A stretch of 64,000 nt of DNA from a virus. Lineage: Duplodnaviria > Caudoviricetes. Below are positions 46,985 through 56,746 of the stretch, one piece after another. The notes below the pieces were generated by a model that did no database searches, was not told where the DNA came from, and saw only the letters and a program-made list of their open reading frames with translations. Position 1 is the stretch's first letter. Every line of letters begins with the position of its first letter. The stretch lies in the IMG/VR virus record IMGVR_UViG_3300032050_000002. The stretch is one strand, 5' to 3'. Made by a program: the position numbers and the translations under genes.

Positions 46985-49468
46985 ATGAGTAGTAATAAAA
47001 TTATAAATTCTAAATGTGTTGAATTTGGATATGAATTAATATCAGTATTACCTTATGCTTATAAATTATATAAAGAAGGTAATTTATCAGAAACAATATC
47101 GGGGTTTGACACAAAATGCTTGTATTTTTTTAGTCCAAAGCACACAGAAATAAATGAAAAAAGGAGTTGGGATAATGTTTTAAAATTAAAAAATGAAAAA
47201 TTCCCAAATATTAATATTCATAGAAATGAATTAGATTGGGAATACTTTTCTCCTCCACCGTTAAAAGAATTTTATAAAGATAAAAGTATTAAATTTGAAA
47301 AAGAAACTATTGTTATTTTTAATAGGTATAATAACGAATGGGGAGAAAAACCAATTAATTATTTAGATTTAAATACGTTAGATAAATTATTTTCAATGTT
47401 GAATGAAAATTACCAAATAGTTTATTTAAACTTAAATCACGATAAAAGATATTTTGACCATTTTGAACCTTTAGAATTTAATGACTTTAAAATTATAGAA
47501 AAATACCCTTCAATATTAACTTTTAATAAGTTACAGTCATTATATCCCGACTTAACAATTAACGAAATACAATTAAAAATATTTGCTAATTGCGAAAAAT
47601 ACATCTCATCTAATGGCGGACAATTAATATTGTCGGCATATTTTGGAGGGGAAAATATTATTTTTTCAAAAAAATGTAATGAGTTAAATCCTGAAGTTAA
47701 TTCATTTTTTAAATGGTATCACAAATTTAATGATGGAATATTTCACCATGTTGATAATTATGATAATTTAACTGAATTAGTTAAACAGAAATGGGTGGAT
47801 AAAAAACCATTGATTAATATTTTAGTTAGAACATCTGAAAGACCTTTATTTTTTAAAGATTGTATTAAGTCAATTGAAGGTCAAACTTATAAAAATATTA
47901 ACATAATAGCATCTACAGACACTAAAAATACTAAAGATTATGTATTAAAAGAAAGATGTAGACAAATAGAGTGTGATTATATCAATTTAAAGGAGTATGA
48001 AAAACCAAGCGATATAGGTCAGGATTATGGTGTGTTTTTTAAACCAAATCTTTACATGAATGATTTACAAAACGAAGTAAAAAAAGGATATATTATGTAT
48101 TTGGATGATGACGATGTATTTGAAGATACTAAAAGTCTAATGAACATTGTTAATCAAATAAAAACCGAAAAAGATTTGCTTTTTTGGAAAGTAAAATTTA
48201 ATCATACAGTAATACCTTCAGATAAATTTTTTGGTAAAGAACCTGTATTTAGTCAAGTTGATACTATGGGGTTTATGTTTCCTAATGGTTATAAACAAAA
48301 TTGGGAGCCGTTTACAAATGGGGATTATAGAATTTCAAAAAAATTATATAATACAGTTCCAAATAAAATATATATTAATGAAATATTAACCAAAACTTAT
48401 AGAAACGTTAAAAAAGGAAGAGGTTTACGGGACGATAAGACTTTAAAAAATATATCGATAATAATACCGACTTATAACAACGTAGAATTTTTACCTGATT
48501 GTTTTAATTCAATATTAAAATCTATTAAAGATTTAGATTGTGAAGTATTAATTGGAATTGATTCTTGTAAAAAAACAATGGATTATATTAAAAAAAATAA
48601 ATTTGATAGACGATTTAAATTTTACTTTTTTGAAAAAAACTTAGGGCCTTATGTTATAAAAAACACTTTAGTATCAATCGCGTCATCAAGTAAAATATTA
48701 TTTTTTGATTCGGATGATGTTATGTTAGAACATATGATACCTGAAATTATAGATAGTTTAGATAATTTTAAAATGTATAAACCAATGTATTTTGATTTTA
48801 AAAACGAAAATGAAATCAAAAATATTAATACTAATATTAAGACAAACAAATTAGGTGAAGGTGTTTTTGCAATTAATAAAGAAATTTTTTTAGATTTTAA
48901 TGGTTTTGAAGGGTGGAGATGCGCGGCGGATTCCGATTTTATGGCCAGATTTTACAAAAAAAATATTAAATTTTATGTTGGTAAAACAATTTCTTTCTTG
49001 AGGAGAATTCATCCCAATAGTCTAACAGTCCACCCAGAAACAAACTTATCTTCAAAATTAAGAGCTTATTATTATGGTTTAAGTAAAAAAAACAGAACCA
49101 AACATTCTTGTGATATGTTTATCACATCTCCATATATTGAAACGGATATTAATGAATTAAACAATAAAAATAATGAGTTTGAGGAGTATCGTAATAAATC
49201 CAGAAATTTAGTTAACAACATTGTTGGTAATACCCACACAAGAACGGAGATTAATTATGACAAAATAAATGAAGTAATTTCAAAAAAAGGGGTTTATGAT
49301 GTTAAGTCGTCAATCAAACCTATTAGAGAAAATACTCCTAAAAATAGGAACGAATTAATTGAAAAGAAAAAAGGAATTAATTCTGAATTATTAAAAATAA
49401 TACTACCAGACAAACCTGAAAGAAGAAAAAATTTACCTAATATACAGTCAAATAAAAAAAAATTTTAA
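46985..49468 (+). CDS. Multi-domain glycosyltransferase (two GT2-like domains plus an N-terminal GT-like region)
   Basis: INILVRTSERP...YLDDDD; ISIIIPTYN...FFDSDD...ADSDF. Confidence 0.75.
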   Translation: MSSNKIINSKCVEFGYELISVLPYAYKLYKEGNLSETISGFDTKCLYFFSPKHTEINEKRSWDNVLKLKNEKFPNINIHRNELDWEYFSPPPLKEFYKDKSIKFEKETIVIFNRYNNEWGEKPINYLDLNTLDKLFSMLNENYQIVYLNLNHDKRYFDHFEPLEFNDFKIIEKYPSILTFNKLQSLYPDLTINEIQLKIFANCEKYISSNGGQLILSAYFGGENIIFSKKCNELNPEVNSFFKWYHKFNDGIFHHVDNYDNLTELVKQKWVDKKPLINILVRTSERPLFFKDCIKSIEGQTYKNINIIASTDTKNTKDYVLKERCRQIECDYINLKEYEKPSDIGQDYGVFFKPNLYMNDLQNEVKKGYIMYLDDDDVFEDTKSLMNIVNQIKTEKDLLFWKVKFNHTVIPSDKFFGKEPVFSQVDTMGFMFPNGYKQNWEPFTNGDYRISKKLYNTVPNKIYINEILTKTYRNVKKGRGLRDDKTLKNISIIIPTYNNVEFLPDCFNSILKSIKDLDCEVLIGIDSCKKTMDYIKKNKFDRRFKFYFFEKNLGPYVIKNTLVSIASSSKILFFDSDDVMLEHMIPEIIDSLDNFKMYKPMYFDFKNENEIKNINTNIKTNKLGEGVFAINKEIFLDFNGFEGWRCAADSDFMARFYKKNIKFYVGKTISFLRRIHPNSLTVHPETNLSSKLRAYYYGLSKKNRTKHSCDMFITSPYIETDINELNNKNNEFEEYRNKSRNLVNNIVGNTHTRTEINYDKINEVISKKGVYDVKSSIKPIRENTPKNRNELIEKKKGINSELLKIILPDKPERRKNLPNIQSNKKKF

Positions 49469-49542
49469 ATAAACAAAAATTTTAACATATTTTTTATATA
49501 TATTTTTTTTGGTTATTATAATTAAATATGTATCTTTGTAGT

Positions 49543-50166
49543 ATGAAAACATTAATCAAAACCGCAATAGTGGCTTCTGTACTACTAACATCTTGCGTAA
49601 ACAAGAATACAGAAAAATCTCAAATTGAACTCGCTAATCAAGAAACAAGTGTTCACGTTTGTAATCATTATGAACACCCTATTAATAATAATGGTCAGAA
49701 ATATTATGACCCAAATAAAACTATCATAATCAGAGGATTAGGTTATGTTAGTCAATCTGACTTAGAATACGCGTCAAAAGTTATAAATGAGTTTTATGGT
49801 TATAAATGTGTTATTTCAGAAAATTTAGAAATATCTAACGAACTATATCTTAATGGTAATCAGTCTGTTATTGAAAGTCATGAGGTTATGGTTAAATATA
49901 ATAACCTTAACACAAGAACTATATTTTTAACCAATAAAAACTTATATCGAGGAACATTAGAACTTAGGGGTTATACAACCACTTACGGTAAGGCGGTTGT
50001 TGTTAAAAGTGATAAATCTTATATGAAAGAGACTTTAATACATGAACTTGGACATACTTTAGGTTTACATCACTGTAATAACTTAACTTGTATCATGGCT
50101 ATTTATAATGACCAATACGATAGTGGTGATTTTTGTAATAAATGTAAAAACTTTTTAAATAAATAA
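49543..50166 (+). CDS. Lipoprotein zinc metalloprotease (archaemetzincin/matrixin-like)
   Basis: LLTS-C lipobox; HELGHTLGLHHC...CIM; sigma-A promoter at 49508/49531. Confidence 0.75.
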   Translation: MKTLIKTAIVASVLLTSCVNKNTEKSQIELANQETSVHVCNHYEHPINNNGQKYYDPNKTIIIRGLGYVSQSDLEYASKVINEFYGYKCVISENLEISNELYLNGNQSVIESHEVMVKYNNLNTRTIFLTNKNLYRGTLELRGYTTTYGKAVVVKSDKSYMKETLIHELGHTLGLHHCNNLTCIMAIYNDQYDSGDFCNKCKNFLNK

Positions 50167-50167
50167 T

Positions 50168-50431
50168 ATGGCATACGTATCAGTTGATGTAGAAGTAGAT
50201 GTTGATGCAGGTGAATACTTATCATCTTGTAGTCCAAAAGAAATAAAACAATTAATTAAGTATCTTAAAGAAGACGGTCATTTAGCAAATATTATAGATA
50301 TTTTTCCTGGTCAACACCTATCTTTCTTTGATGAAGAATGGTTTAAAATGTTGGATAAAATGTCCAAAATCAGACAACAAATGGATTCTACTGATATTCA
50401 GACAATTAAAGATATTTTGAACAAATATTAA
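50168..50431 (+). CDS. Hypothetical protein
   Basis: 87-aa ORF. Confidence 0.65.
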   Translation: MAYVSVDVEVDVDAGEYLSSCSPKEIKQLIKYLKEDGHLANIIDIFPGQHLSFFDEEWFKMLDKMSKIRQQMDSTDIQTIKDILNKY

Positions 50432-50473
50432 AATAAATTTGGCGGATTAATAAAAACTTCATACCTTTGTATT

Positions 50474-51091
50474 ATGAAAACAAATAAATATAAAACAGCG
50501 TTACTTACGGGAGCAATGGTATTACTATCTTCTGTTAGTGTTTCAGCAACCCCTGACAATCAACCCGAACCCCCTAAAAAAGGAACAAAATTACAAGCAA
50601 TTGTAATCAATGGAGATACCTTACCTGTGGTTAATTTAAGTATGGTAACTATCCAAACTGATATGGTTTTTGCCACAAGAAGACAAAGAGAACAATGGGA
50701 TGTGGTTAAATTCAATGTAAGAAAAGTGTACCCATACGCAATATTAGCATCGGCAAAACTAAAAGAATATGAGGTTGCGTTAAGTAAAATACAAGACGAA
50801 GATGACCGTGATGACTATATGAAATACGCCGAAGACCAATTACAAAAACAATTCGGAGAAGAATTAAAAAAATTGTCGATGAAACAAGGTAAAATATTAA
50901 TCAAATTGATTGATAGACAGACTGGTAATACGTCTTATGAACTTGTTAAAAAACTTAGAGGTAGATTCTCAGCCTTTATGTGGCAAGGTGTGGCAAGACT
51001 TTTTGGGTCAAACTTAAAATCTGAGTATGATGCGAATGGTGATGATAAATTAATAGAACTTGCCATAAGACAAATCGAATCAGGAAATTAA
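50474..51091 (+). CDS. DUF4294-like secreted protein (Bacteroidota family)
   Basis: Signal peptide; VRKVYPYA...ELKKL...QGKILIKLIDRQTG.TSYEL; promoter at 50438/50462. Confidence 0.75.
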   Translation: MKTNKYKTALLTGAMVLLSSVSVSATPDNQPEPPKKGTKLQAIVINGDTLPVVNLSMVTIQTDMVFATRRQREQWDVVKFNVRKVYPYAILASAKLKEYEVALSKIQDEDDRDDYMKYAEDQLQKQFGEELKKLSMKQGKILIKLIDRQTGNTSYELVKKLRGRFSAFMWQGVARLFGSNLKSEYDANGDDKLIELAIRQIESGN

Positions 51092-51127
51092 TTTGGTGGA
51101 TTAAAAAACATTTTGTATCTTTGTATT

Positions 51128-51328
51128 ATGAAAATAACATTAAACATACCCGATGGAGTTTTAGATAGACTTAAAGAATTAGGAATTACTGACGAAACTA
51201 CACAAGAAGAAATGGTAATTGATTTTATTAATGACACTTTAGACTCTCATTACTTCAATGGAATATCCGATAAATTTAAAAAATGGACATTAAAAAAGGA
51301 TAATATTGAACATTATTTAGAAAAGTAA
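51128..51328 (+). CDS. Hypothetical protein
   Basis: Start moved to ATG 51128; promoter at 51092/51116. Confidence 0.6.
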   Translation: MKITLNIPDGVLDRLKELGITDETTQEEMVIDFINDTLDSHYFNGISDKFKKWTLKKDNIEHYLEK

Positions 51329-51841
51329 AAATAAATTTGGCAGATTAGAAAACAATTAGTATCTTTGTATTATAAATAAAAACAATAACAATAACAATAT
51401 GACCACACTAAATAAAATCACAAGAATTACAGAGTTAAAGAAAGAAATGAAAACCCTTAAAAAGGGACTCAAAGAAGAAATGATTGATTTTGTAATTAAA
51501 AGTTTCAAGAATAAAGGATTTACTGTTGACCCAAGAAAAGGATATGAGGAAAGAAGTTTATATAATCCAACATTAAAAGTTTCTGTTCGGATTGTAGGTC
51601 TTAACGAAGTATCAGTTTCAATTAGTGCTCATTTAATGAAAAATGATGGTATGAATTGGGACGATAGACAAAAAATCCATAGTGAAGTTAATTGGAACTT
51701 TACCAAAAAAACTTTTGATAAGTATTACGATACAACTTTCAAATCAAAAGTTGAGAGAATTAAAGAATTTATCTAAAAATAAATTTGGCAGATTAGAAAA
51801 CAATTAGTATCTTTGTATTATAAATAAAAACAATAACAATA
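51326..51841 (+). repeat. 68-bp exact direct repeat containing a sigma-A promoter and leader (51326-51393 and 51774-51841)
   Basis: TAAAAATAAATTTGGCAGATTAGAAAACAATTAGTATCTTTGTATTATAAATAAAAACAATAACAATA present twice, flanking one gene. Confidence 0.9.
51399..51776 (+). CDS. Hypothetical protein
   Basis: 125-aa ORF between the promoter repeats. Confidence 0.7.
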   Translation: MTTLNKITRITELKKEMKTLKKGLKEEMIDFVIKSFKNKGFTVDPRKGYEERSLYNPTLKVSVRIVGLNEVSVSISAHLMKNDGMNWDDRQKIHSEVNWNFTKKTFDKYYDTTFKSKVERIKEFI

Positions 51842-52173
51842 TGACAAAATTAACACAAGAAATCATCGAAAAAATTGAAGACACGACATTAAGAATCCAA
51901 GCGTCTCATAGAGGTGGTGGAGTTGAGATAAGTTTATCAGAATGGGGTTACCCTGGTGAAAAAATGACCGCCTATCAAAACTATTTAGGTGGAGGAATGT
52001 TAGGTAGAATTGGAAATGATTGTACGATTCGTAATTGGAGTGGTGATGATACATTAGTAGAAATTGCGGATAACTTAGCAAGATACTTCCACAACATTAC
52101 AAATCATGAGGACGATGAGTGGGAAAGTGCAACATTTGAACAGAATCAAAATAGACCAACAAGAGCATATTAA
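51841..52173 (+). CDS. Hypothetical protein
   Basis: 110-aa ORF. Confidence 0.7.
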   Translation: MTKLTQEIIEKIEDTTLRIQASHRGGGVEISLSEWGYPGEKMTAYQNYLGGGMLGRIGNDCTIRNWSGDDTLVEIADNLARYFHNITNHEDDEWESATFEQNQNRPTRAY

Positions 52174-52174
52174 T

Positions 52175-52459
52175 ATGAAAAATAAAACATTGACATTCGA
52201 GGATTTAGAGTTTAAATCTCACGGAAATATTGGTGGAGCAACTCACGCAAAAATGATTTTTGAAAATGGTCATAAGATTTCAGTAGTAGGTGGTGGAATG
52301 GGGTTGTACGGTGATGGGGTAAATACTTTTGAAATATGGAGAAGTTGTGACGAAGACATTAAAGGTCATCTAACCAAAGAAGAGGTTACAGAACAAATGA
52401 TTGAGTTACAGGGTTTACTTTCGGGACATAATCATAGTGATTTAGGTTATCAAGGATAA
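52175..52459 (+). CDS. Conserved-looking phage hypothetical protein (FENGHKISVV...GLYGDG motif)
   Basis: Start moved to ATG 52175. Confidence 0.65.
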   Translation: MKNKTLTFEDLEFKSHGNIGGATHAKMIFENGHKISVVGGGMGLYGDGVNTFEIWRSCDEDIKGHLTKEEVTEQMIELQGLLSGHNHSDLGYQG

Positions 52460-52466
52460 TAAAAAA

Positions 52467-52568
52467 GGTTGATTGGGGAAAACTGCTCATGCGGGAGAGG
52501 GGACTGAATGAAGTCAAAGTAATGCCAATCGTAAAAGTAGATGTCCACTCACCCATCTTCTACTTTCC
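52467..52568 (+). ncRNA. Candidate structured RNA directly upstream of tRNA-Cys
   Basis: GATTGG/CCAATC enclosing CTGC/GCGG and GACT/AGTC hairpins, then AAAGTAGA/TCTACTTT; much higher GC than its surroundings. Confidence 0.45.
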
Positions 52569-52575
52569 TAATTTT

Positions 52576-52646
52576 GTTCCGATGTCCGATTGGTTAGGAG
52601 AAGGTCTGCAAAACCTTTTAAGTAAGTTCGATTCTTACTCGGAACT
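52576..52646 (+). tRNA. trnC: tRNA-Cys (GCA), CCA not encoded
   Basis: GTTCCGA/TCGGAAC acceptor; AAGGT-CTGCAAA-ACCTT anticodon arm; GTAAG-TTCGATT-CTTAC T-arm. Confidence 0.92.
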
Positions 52647-52660
52647 CAAAAAATAAAAAC

Positions 52661-53527
52661 ATGTTAAAACTTTTTTTCAATGCAGAAAATAATTTCACTT
52701 TTAATTTTTTTAAAAAAAATGTTGAGCATATAGAGGTGGATATTACTAAATGTGACTATATTATTAATGGAGTTATTCCTACAGGGATGATAGATATTGA
52801 TAGGATAAATAATTTATTAGGATTAAATAATATTGATAATAAAAAATACGTTACATTTTTAATATCGGATTGTGAATCTGAATTAAAACTAAAAAAAAAC
52901 ACGATATTGTTCAGAACATCAACAAATAAAAAAAATAAAAAAAATAATGAATTTGTATTACCTCATATAATTGAAGAAGATTTAAAGTTTAAATTTGAAC
53001 CCCTTTTAAAAGAAAAAAAACCAAATATTGGATTTTGTGGTTATTTTTGCGGTGATTTCACTAAAAGAAAAATTACATGCGAAGAATTTAAAAACTCAGA
53101 TTCAATAAATACTAATTTTATTATTAGAGATAAATTTTGGGGAGGTAAACCCGGTGATAAAACTTTGATTGATGAATTTAAAAAAAATATAAACGATTCT
53201 CATTTTACGATTTGTAATCGAGGGGTTGGAAATTTCTCAATGAGATTTTATGAGGTTTTGTCAATGGGTAGAATTCCGATTTTAATTAACGATAATACGT
53301 GTTTGCCTTTTGAAGACGAAATAAATTGGAATGAATATATTTTTATTGAGGATAATCCAAAAAAATTATTAGATTCGGTTTTAAATTTTTGGGAAAATTC
53401 TTCTCAGGAAGATGTGATTAAACGACAAAAAAAATGCTATGATTTATATTTAAATTATTTTTCATCAAATTCTTACGGAAAAAAAATTAATGAAATTTTA
53501 ATTACTCAAAAAAATTTGGCAGATTAA
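52661..53527 (+). CDS. Exostosin-family (GT47-like) glycosyltransferase
   Basis: FTICNRGVGNFSMRFYEVLSMGRIPIL pattern. Confidence 0.75.
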   Translation: MLKLFFNAENNFTFNFFKKNVEHIEVDITKCDYIINGVIPTGMIDIDRINNLLGLNNIDNKKYVTFLISDCESELKLKKNTILFRTSTNKKNKKNNEFVLPHIIEEDLKFKFEPLLKEKKPNIGFCGYFCGDFTKRKITCEEFKNSDSINTNFIIRDKFWGGKPGDKTLIDEFKKNINDSHFTICNRGVGNFSMRFYEVLSMGRIPILINDNTCLPFEDEINWNEYIFIEDNPKKLLDSVLNFWENSSQEDVIKRQKKCYDLYLNYFSSNSYGKKINEILITQKNLAD

Positions 53528-53550
53528 AAAACATTTTGTATCTTTGTATT

Positions 53551-53874
53551 ATGAAAAAAACAACAACAACCAAAAATTCACCTGTTAAGGTGTTACACGA
53601 AACTAAATTAGTAGATAAAGATAGAGCAAGACACACAAGAATATTTGAATTTAATGAAAAGAAATTCAAGTTAATTTATGACCTTAGAAATGGTTTAAGT
53701 GATGTAAGTGTATATGTTATGGATTCAAATGGAGAGTTTAAGTTCGCATTAAACAAGTATGACCTTGGATTTGAATTTGGTTTAAGTTATGTTAGTTACC
53801 CTGCGGATAAAGAAAAGGACATTCTAAAGGCAGTTAAATTAGTTGATGAAGTTGTAATTAAAATTTATAGTTAA
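53551..53874 (+). CDS. Hypothetical protein
   Basis: Start moved to ATG 53551. Confidence 0.65.
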   Translation: MKKTTTTKNSPVKVLHETKLVDKDRARHTRIFEFNEKKFKLIYDLRNGLSDVSVYVMDSNGEFKFALNKYDLGFEFGLSYVSYPADKEKDILKAVKLVDEVVIKIYS

Positions 53875-53875
53875 A

Positions 53876-54400
53876 ATGAGAAAAGAGTTTAATCAATTGG
53901 TGGAAAAAATGAACCGTTACGACTTATATCAAAAATGTGATGAAGTTGGTATGGCTTTAACAGAATTAGAACAAAAGATTGCAGAAGTTGAAAAGCGTTT
54001 AAAGATTGTTGATAAAACGGCAAGGGAAATTGAGCTTGCAATTAGCAAATATACTGAAAGTGTTGATGGTAACGAGGCATTTAAAATGAGTGTTGATAAC
54101 CACGATGTTATTTTAAGGGGTAGTCACGATATAATGATAGCGACCGATTTGGGAGATGATGAACCAATAAAGAATGATTGGTATGGTATGTTTAATAAAG
54201 AAAAAAAAGAAAAAAGTGATGAAAATTTTATTCCTTTAAAGGATGAGATTGATAGGTATAAGGTGGTTGAAGAAATAATATCTAAACTAAAAATGATTGA
54301 TGTTGATGGTGAAACAATGGAATACATTTTAAATAAGGTGGGGATGAGCGAGCAAATGCACTCCCAATTATCAAAAAAATTCACTTTATATGATATATAA
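53876..54400 (+). CDS. Hypothetical coiled-coil protein
   Basis: 174-aa ORF. Confidence 0.65.
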   Translation: MRKEFNQLVEKMNRYDLYQKCDEVGMALTELEQKIAEVEKRLKIVDKTAREIELAISKYTESVDGNEAFKMSVDNHDVILRGSHDIMIATDLGDDEPIKNDWYGMFNKEKKEKSDENFIPLKDEIDRYKVVEEIISKLKMIDVDGETMEYILNKVGMSEQMHSQLSKKFTLYDI

Positions 54401-54439
54401 AAATGTTTGACTAAGTGGTAATTAAAATTTATAATTAAA

Positions 54440-54961
54440 ATGAAAAAAATATTATTAACATTAACGATTATAGGAGCATCAATAGTATTTTTGGTTTATC
54501 CATCAAAAAAATTAAATAAAAAAGAGATGGTCGAACAAATGGATAGTTCAGAAGTAGTAAAATCAAGTGCCGAAATTCAAATGTACTATTTCATTAAAAA
54601 ATATTCAAAAGAATATAATATACCTGAAGAATACGCATTTTCATTAGCTTACCAAGAAACAAGATATAACGGAATTGATGATACCTTATATAGACCAAAT
54701 AGAGTTTCAAGTGCGGGTGCTTTAGGTCCCATGCAAATAATGCCGGCAACTGCAAAATATATTTACGGTAAAAAAATACCTAAAAACGAATTAAAAAATA
54801 ATATCGGTTTAAATGTAGAGATTTCAATGAAATTATTAAGACATTTACATGAAAAATATAACGATTGGGGTTTAGTCTTTGGAGCGTATAATACTGGAAA
54901 ACCTTGTGTTAATAGATACGCTAAAGCAATATTAAAATCTAAAGAAAATAAAGATTGTTGA
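54440..54961 (+). CDS. Lytic transglycosylase (SLT domain) with N-terminal anchor
   Basis: QET catalytic Glu, SSAGALGPMQIMPATA, AYNTG. Confidence 0.85.
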   Translation: MKKILLTLTIIGASIVFLVYPSKKLNKKEMVEQMDSSEVVKSSAEIQMYYFIKKYSKEYNIPEEYAFSLAYQETRYNGIDDTLYRPNRVSSAGALGPMQIMPATAKYIYGKKIPKNELKNNIGLNVEISMKLLRHLHEKYNDWGLVFGAYNTGKPCVNRYAKAILKSKENKDC

Positions 54962-54966
54962 ATAAC

Positions 54967-55038
54967 GCTCCCATAGTCTATCGGTTAGGACACATCCCTT
55001 TCACGGATGAGAGACGAGTTCGATTCCTAGTGGGACTA
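54967..55038 (+). tRNA. trnE: tRNA-Glu (TTC), probably damaged or chimeric
   Basis: Intact CATCC-CTTTCAC-GGATG anticodon arm; T-stem ACGAG/CCTAG mostly unpaired; C:C mismatch in acceptor stem. Confidence 0.65.
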
Positions 55039-55055
55039 CAAAAAAAATATTAAAA

Positions 55056-55190
55056 ATGGAAAACGGAGAATGGAATTCAGATGAATATCAAGGTAGAAGA
55101 AAAGACCAGGTTGAGTATGCAAATAAAATTGGTACAATCTGTGTATTATTATCATTATTAATTATATTATTAATCTTTATATTAAACTAA
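55056..55190 (+). CDS. 44-aa membrane micro-ORF, not in the track
   Basis: MENGEWNSDEYQGRRKDQVEYANKIGTICVLLSLLIILLIFILN. Confidence 0.55.
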   Translation: MENGEWNSDEYQGRRKDQVEYANKIGTICVLLSLLIILLIFILN

Positions 55191-55195
55191 AAAAC

Positions 55196-55435
55196 ATGAA
55201 CACAAAAACAATTGTATTAAAAGGATTATTTTTCCTACTATCAATTATTGTATTATCCACATTAATTGGTTTATCAACTTACTTTACCGTACCCACAAAA
55301 TACGGATTTGTCGAGTATTTTAAAAACTACTACAAATTCTTTTTTGAATTTTTAGGAATGTTACTATTATTCGGAGGAGTAACATTAGTAACAATGTCAT
55401 TATTAATTAAATTATATAACAAATTATTCAAATGA
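55196..55435 (+). CDS. Small two-TM membrane protein
   Basis: 79-aa ORF. Confidence 0.6.
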   Translation: MNTKTIVLKGLFFLLSIIVLSTLIGLSTYFTVPTKYGFVEYFKNYYKFFFEFLGMLLLFGGVTLVTMSLLIKLYNKLFK

Positions 55436-55839
55436 AAGAGAGAATATACCTTGACGATGTAAGAACTCCAATCGATAAAGATTGGATTATCGCAAGAAAC
55501 TATGACGAATTTGTTCGTATAGTAAAAACATATGGTTTAGAAAATATTAAAACAATTTCATTAGACCACGATTTAGGTGATACCGCAATGAAAGAATGGC
55601 ATAAGAATGTGTATCATAATTATACTTTAAATTATGACAACATTACCGAAAAAACTGGTTATGATTGTGCTAAGTGGTTAGTGGAACAATGGATGAACGG
55701 AGAACCTGTGGTTGACGTTTATACTCACTCAGCAAATGCGATTGGTGCTGCTAACATTATGGGGTACATTAATAACTACAGACATATAAATAAATTACCA
55801 CAAAATTGTGTTAGAGTGAATATTGAACATACCGTTTAA
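55432..55839 (+). CDS. Cyclic-phosphate-processing receiver-like domain protein
   Basis: IYLDDVR.P...ISLDHDLG...TGYD...HSAN..GA pattern. Confidence 0.7.
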   Translation: MKERIYLDDVRTPIDKDWIIARNYDEFVRIVKTYGLENIKTISLDHDLGDTAMKEWHKNVYHNYTLNYDNITEKTGYDCAKWLVEQWMNGEPVVDVYTHSANAIGAANIMGYINNYRHINKLPQNCVRVNIEHTV

Positions 55840-56217
55840 TTAAAACGGTCTGTCTTGTAAACTATTTGAGTCAACAATTTTAAACTGATATTTATAATCT
55901 AATGTAAATAAAAGATTTATTTCATACATAACCTCAGAGAGACAAATATATTCGTGATAACCTAACATATTCTCCAAAAAATAACGACTTGTGACAACCA
56001 ATCTTTTTGGTGTGTCACAACGTCTTTTATCTCGTAATTTAGAATAATCTATTTTTATTGTTATTTCGTATTCTTCCCACTGTTCATCAGGTTTGGACAT
56101 ACTACCACTACTAGAAAATCTACTAACAGTGCCCGAATGTTCTACATCAACAACTTCTTTTATCCAATCTAATTTGGCTGGTAATAACATTTTTATTATC
56201 TTTGTGGGGTCACTCAT
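55840..56217 (-). CDS. Hypothetical protein
   Basis: 125-aa ORF; TATTTATA upstream. Confidence 0.6.
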   Translation of the reverse strand: MSDPTKIIKMLLPAKLDWIKEVVDVEHSGTVSRFSSSGSMSKPDEQWEEYEITIKIDYSKLRDKRRCDTPKRLVVTSRYFLENMLGYHEYICLSEVMYEINLLFTLDYKYQFKIVDSNSLQDRPF

Positions 56218-56231
56218 AAAATATAAATACT

Positions 56232-56723
56232 ATGAATATATTCTTTTTAGACATGGATGTTAAAAAATGTGCAGAGTACCATTGTGACAAACACGTTGTT
56301 AAAATGGTACTTGAGACCGCACAACTTCTTTGTTCGGCTCATCATATAACAGACCAAGTAACCGACCAAATACCATATAAGTTGGCTCATAAGAATCATC
56401 CGTGTTCTATATGGGTTAGAGAAAGTTTAACCAATTATCTATACCTTTGTGAGTTAGGTTTGGAGTTATGTAAAGAATATAGTTACAGGTATGAAAAACG
56501 ACACAAATCTCAAGAAGTAATAGAATGGTGTGTAACAAATAAGGTAAAAATTTGTGACAAAGGATTAACAGAGCCACCAAAGGCAATGCCCGATGAATAC
56601 AAAGTTAAAGACGTTGTAGAGTCCTACAGGAACTATTATATGGGGGCAAAAAAATCTTTTGCAACGTGGAAAAAAAGGGACACTCCTATTTGGTATAATT
56701 TTGAAAAAAATTTGGCAGATTAA
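56232..56723 (+). CDS. Pyrimidine-dimer DNA glycosylase / endonuclease V-like protein
   Basis: MNIFFLD...HCDKHVVKMVLETAQLL...HKNHPC..W pattern. Confidence 0.7.
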   Translation: MNIFFLDMDVKKCAEYHCDKHVVKMVLETAQLLCSAHHITDQVTDQIPYKLAHKNHPCSIWVRESLTNYLYLCELGLELCKEYSYRYEKRHKSQEVIEWCVTNKVKICDKGLTEPPKAMPDEYKVKDVVESYRNYYMGAKKSFATWKKRDTPIWYNFEKNLAD

Positions 56724-56746
56724 AAAACATTTTGTATCTTTGTATT

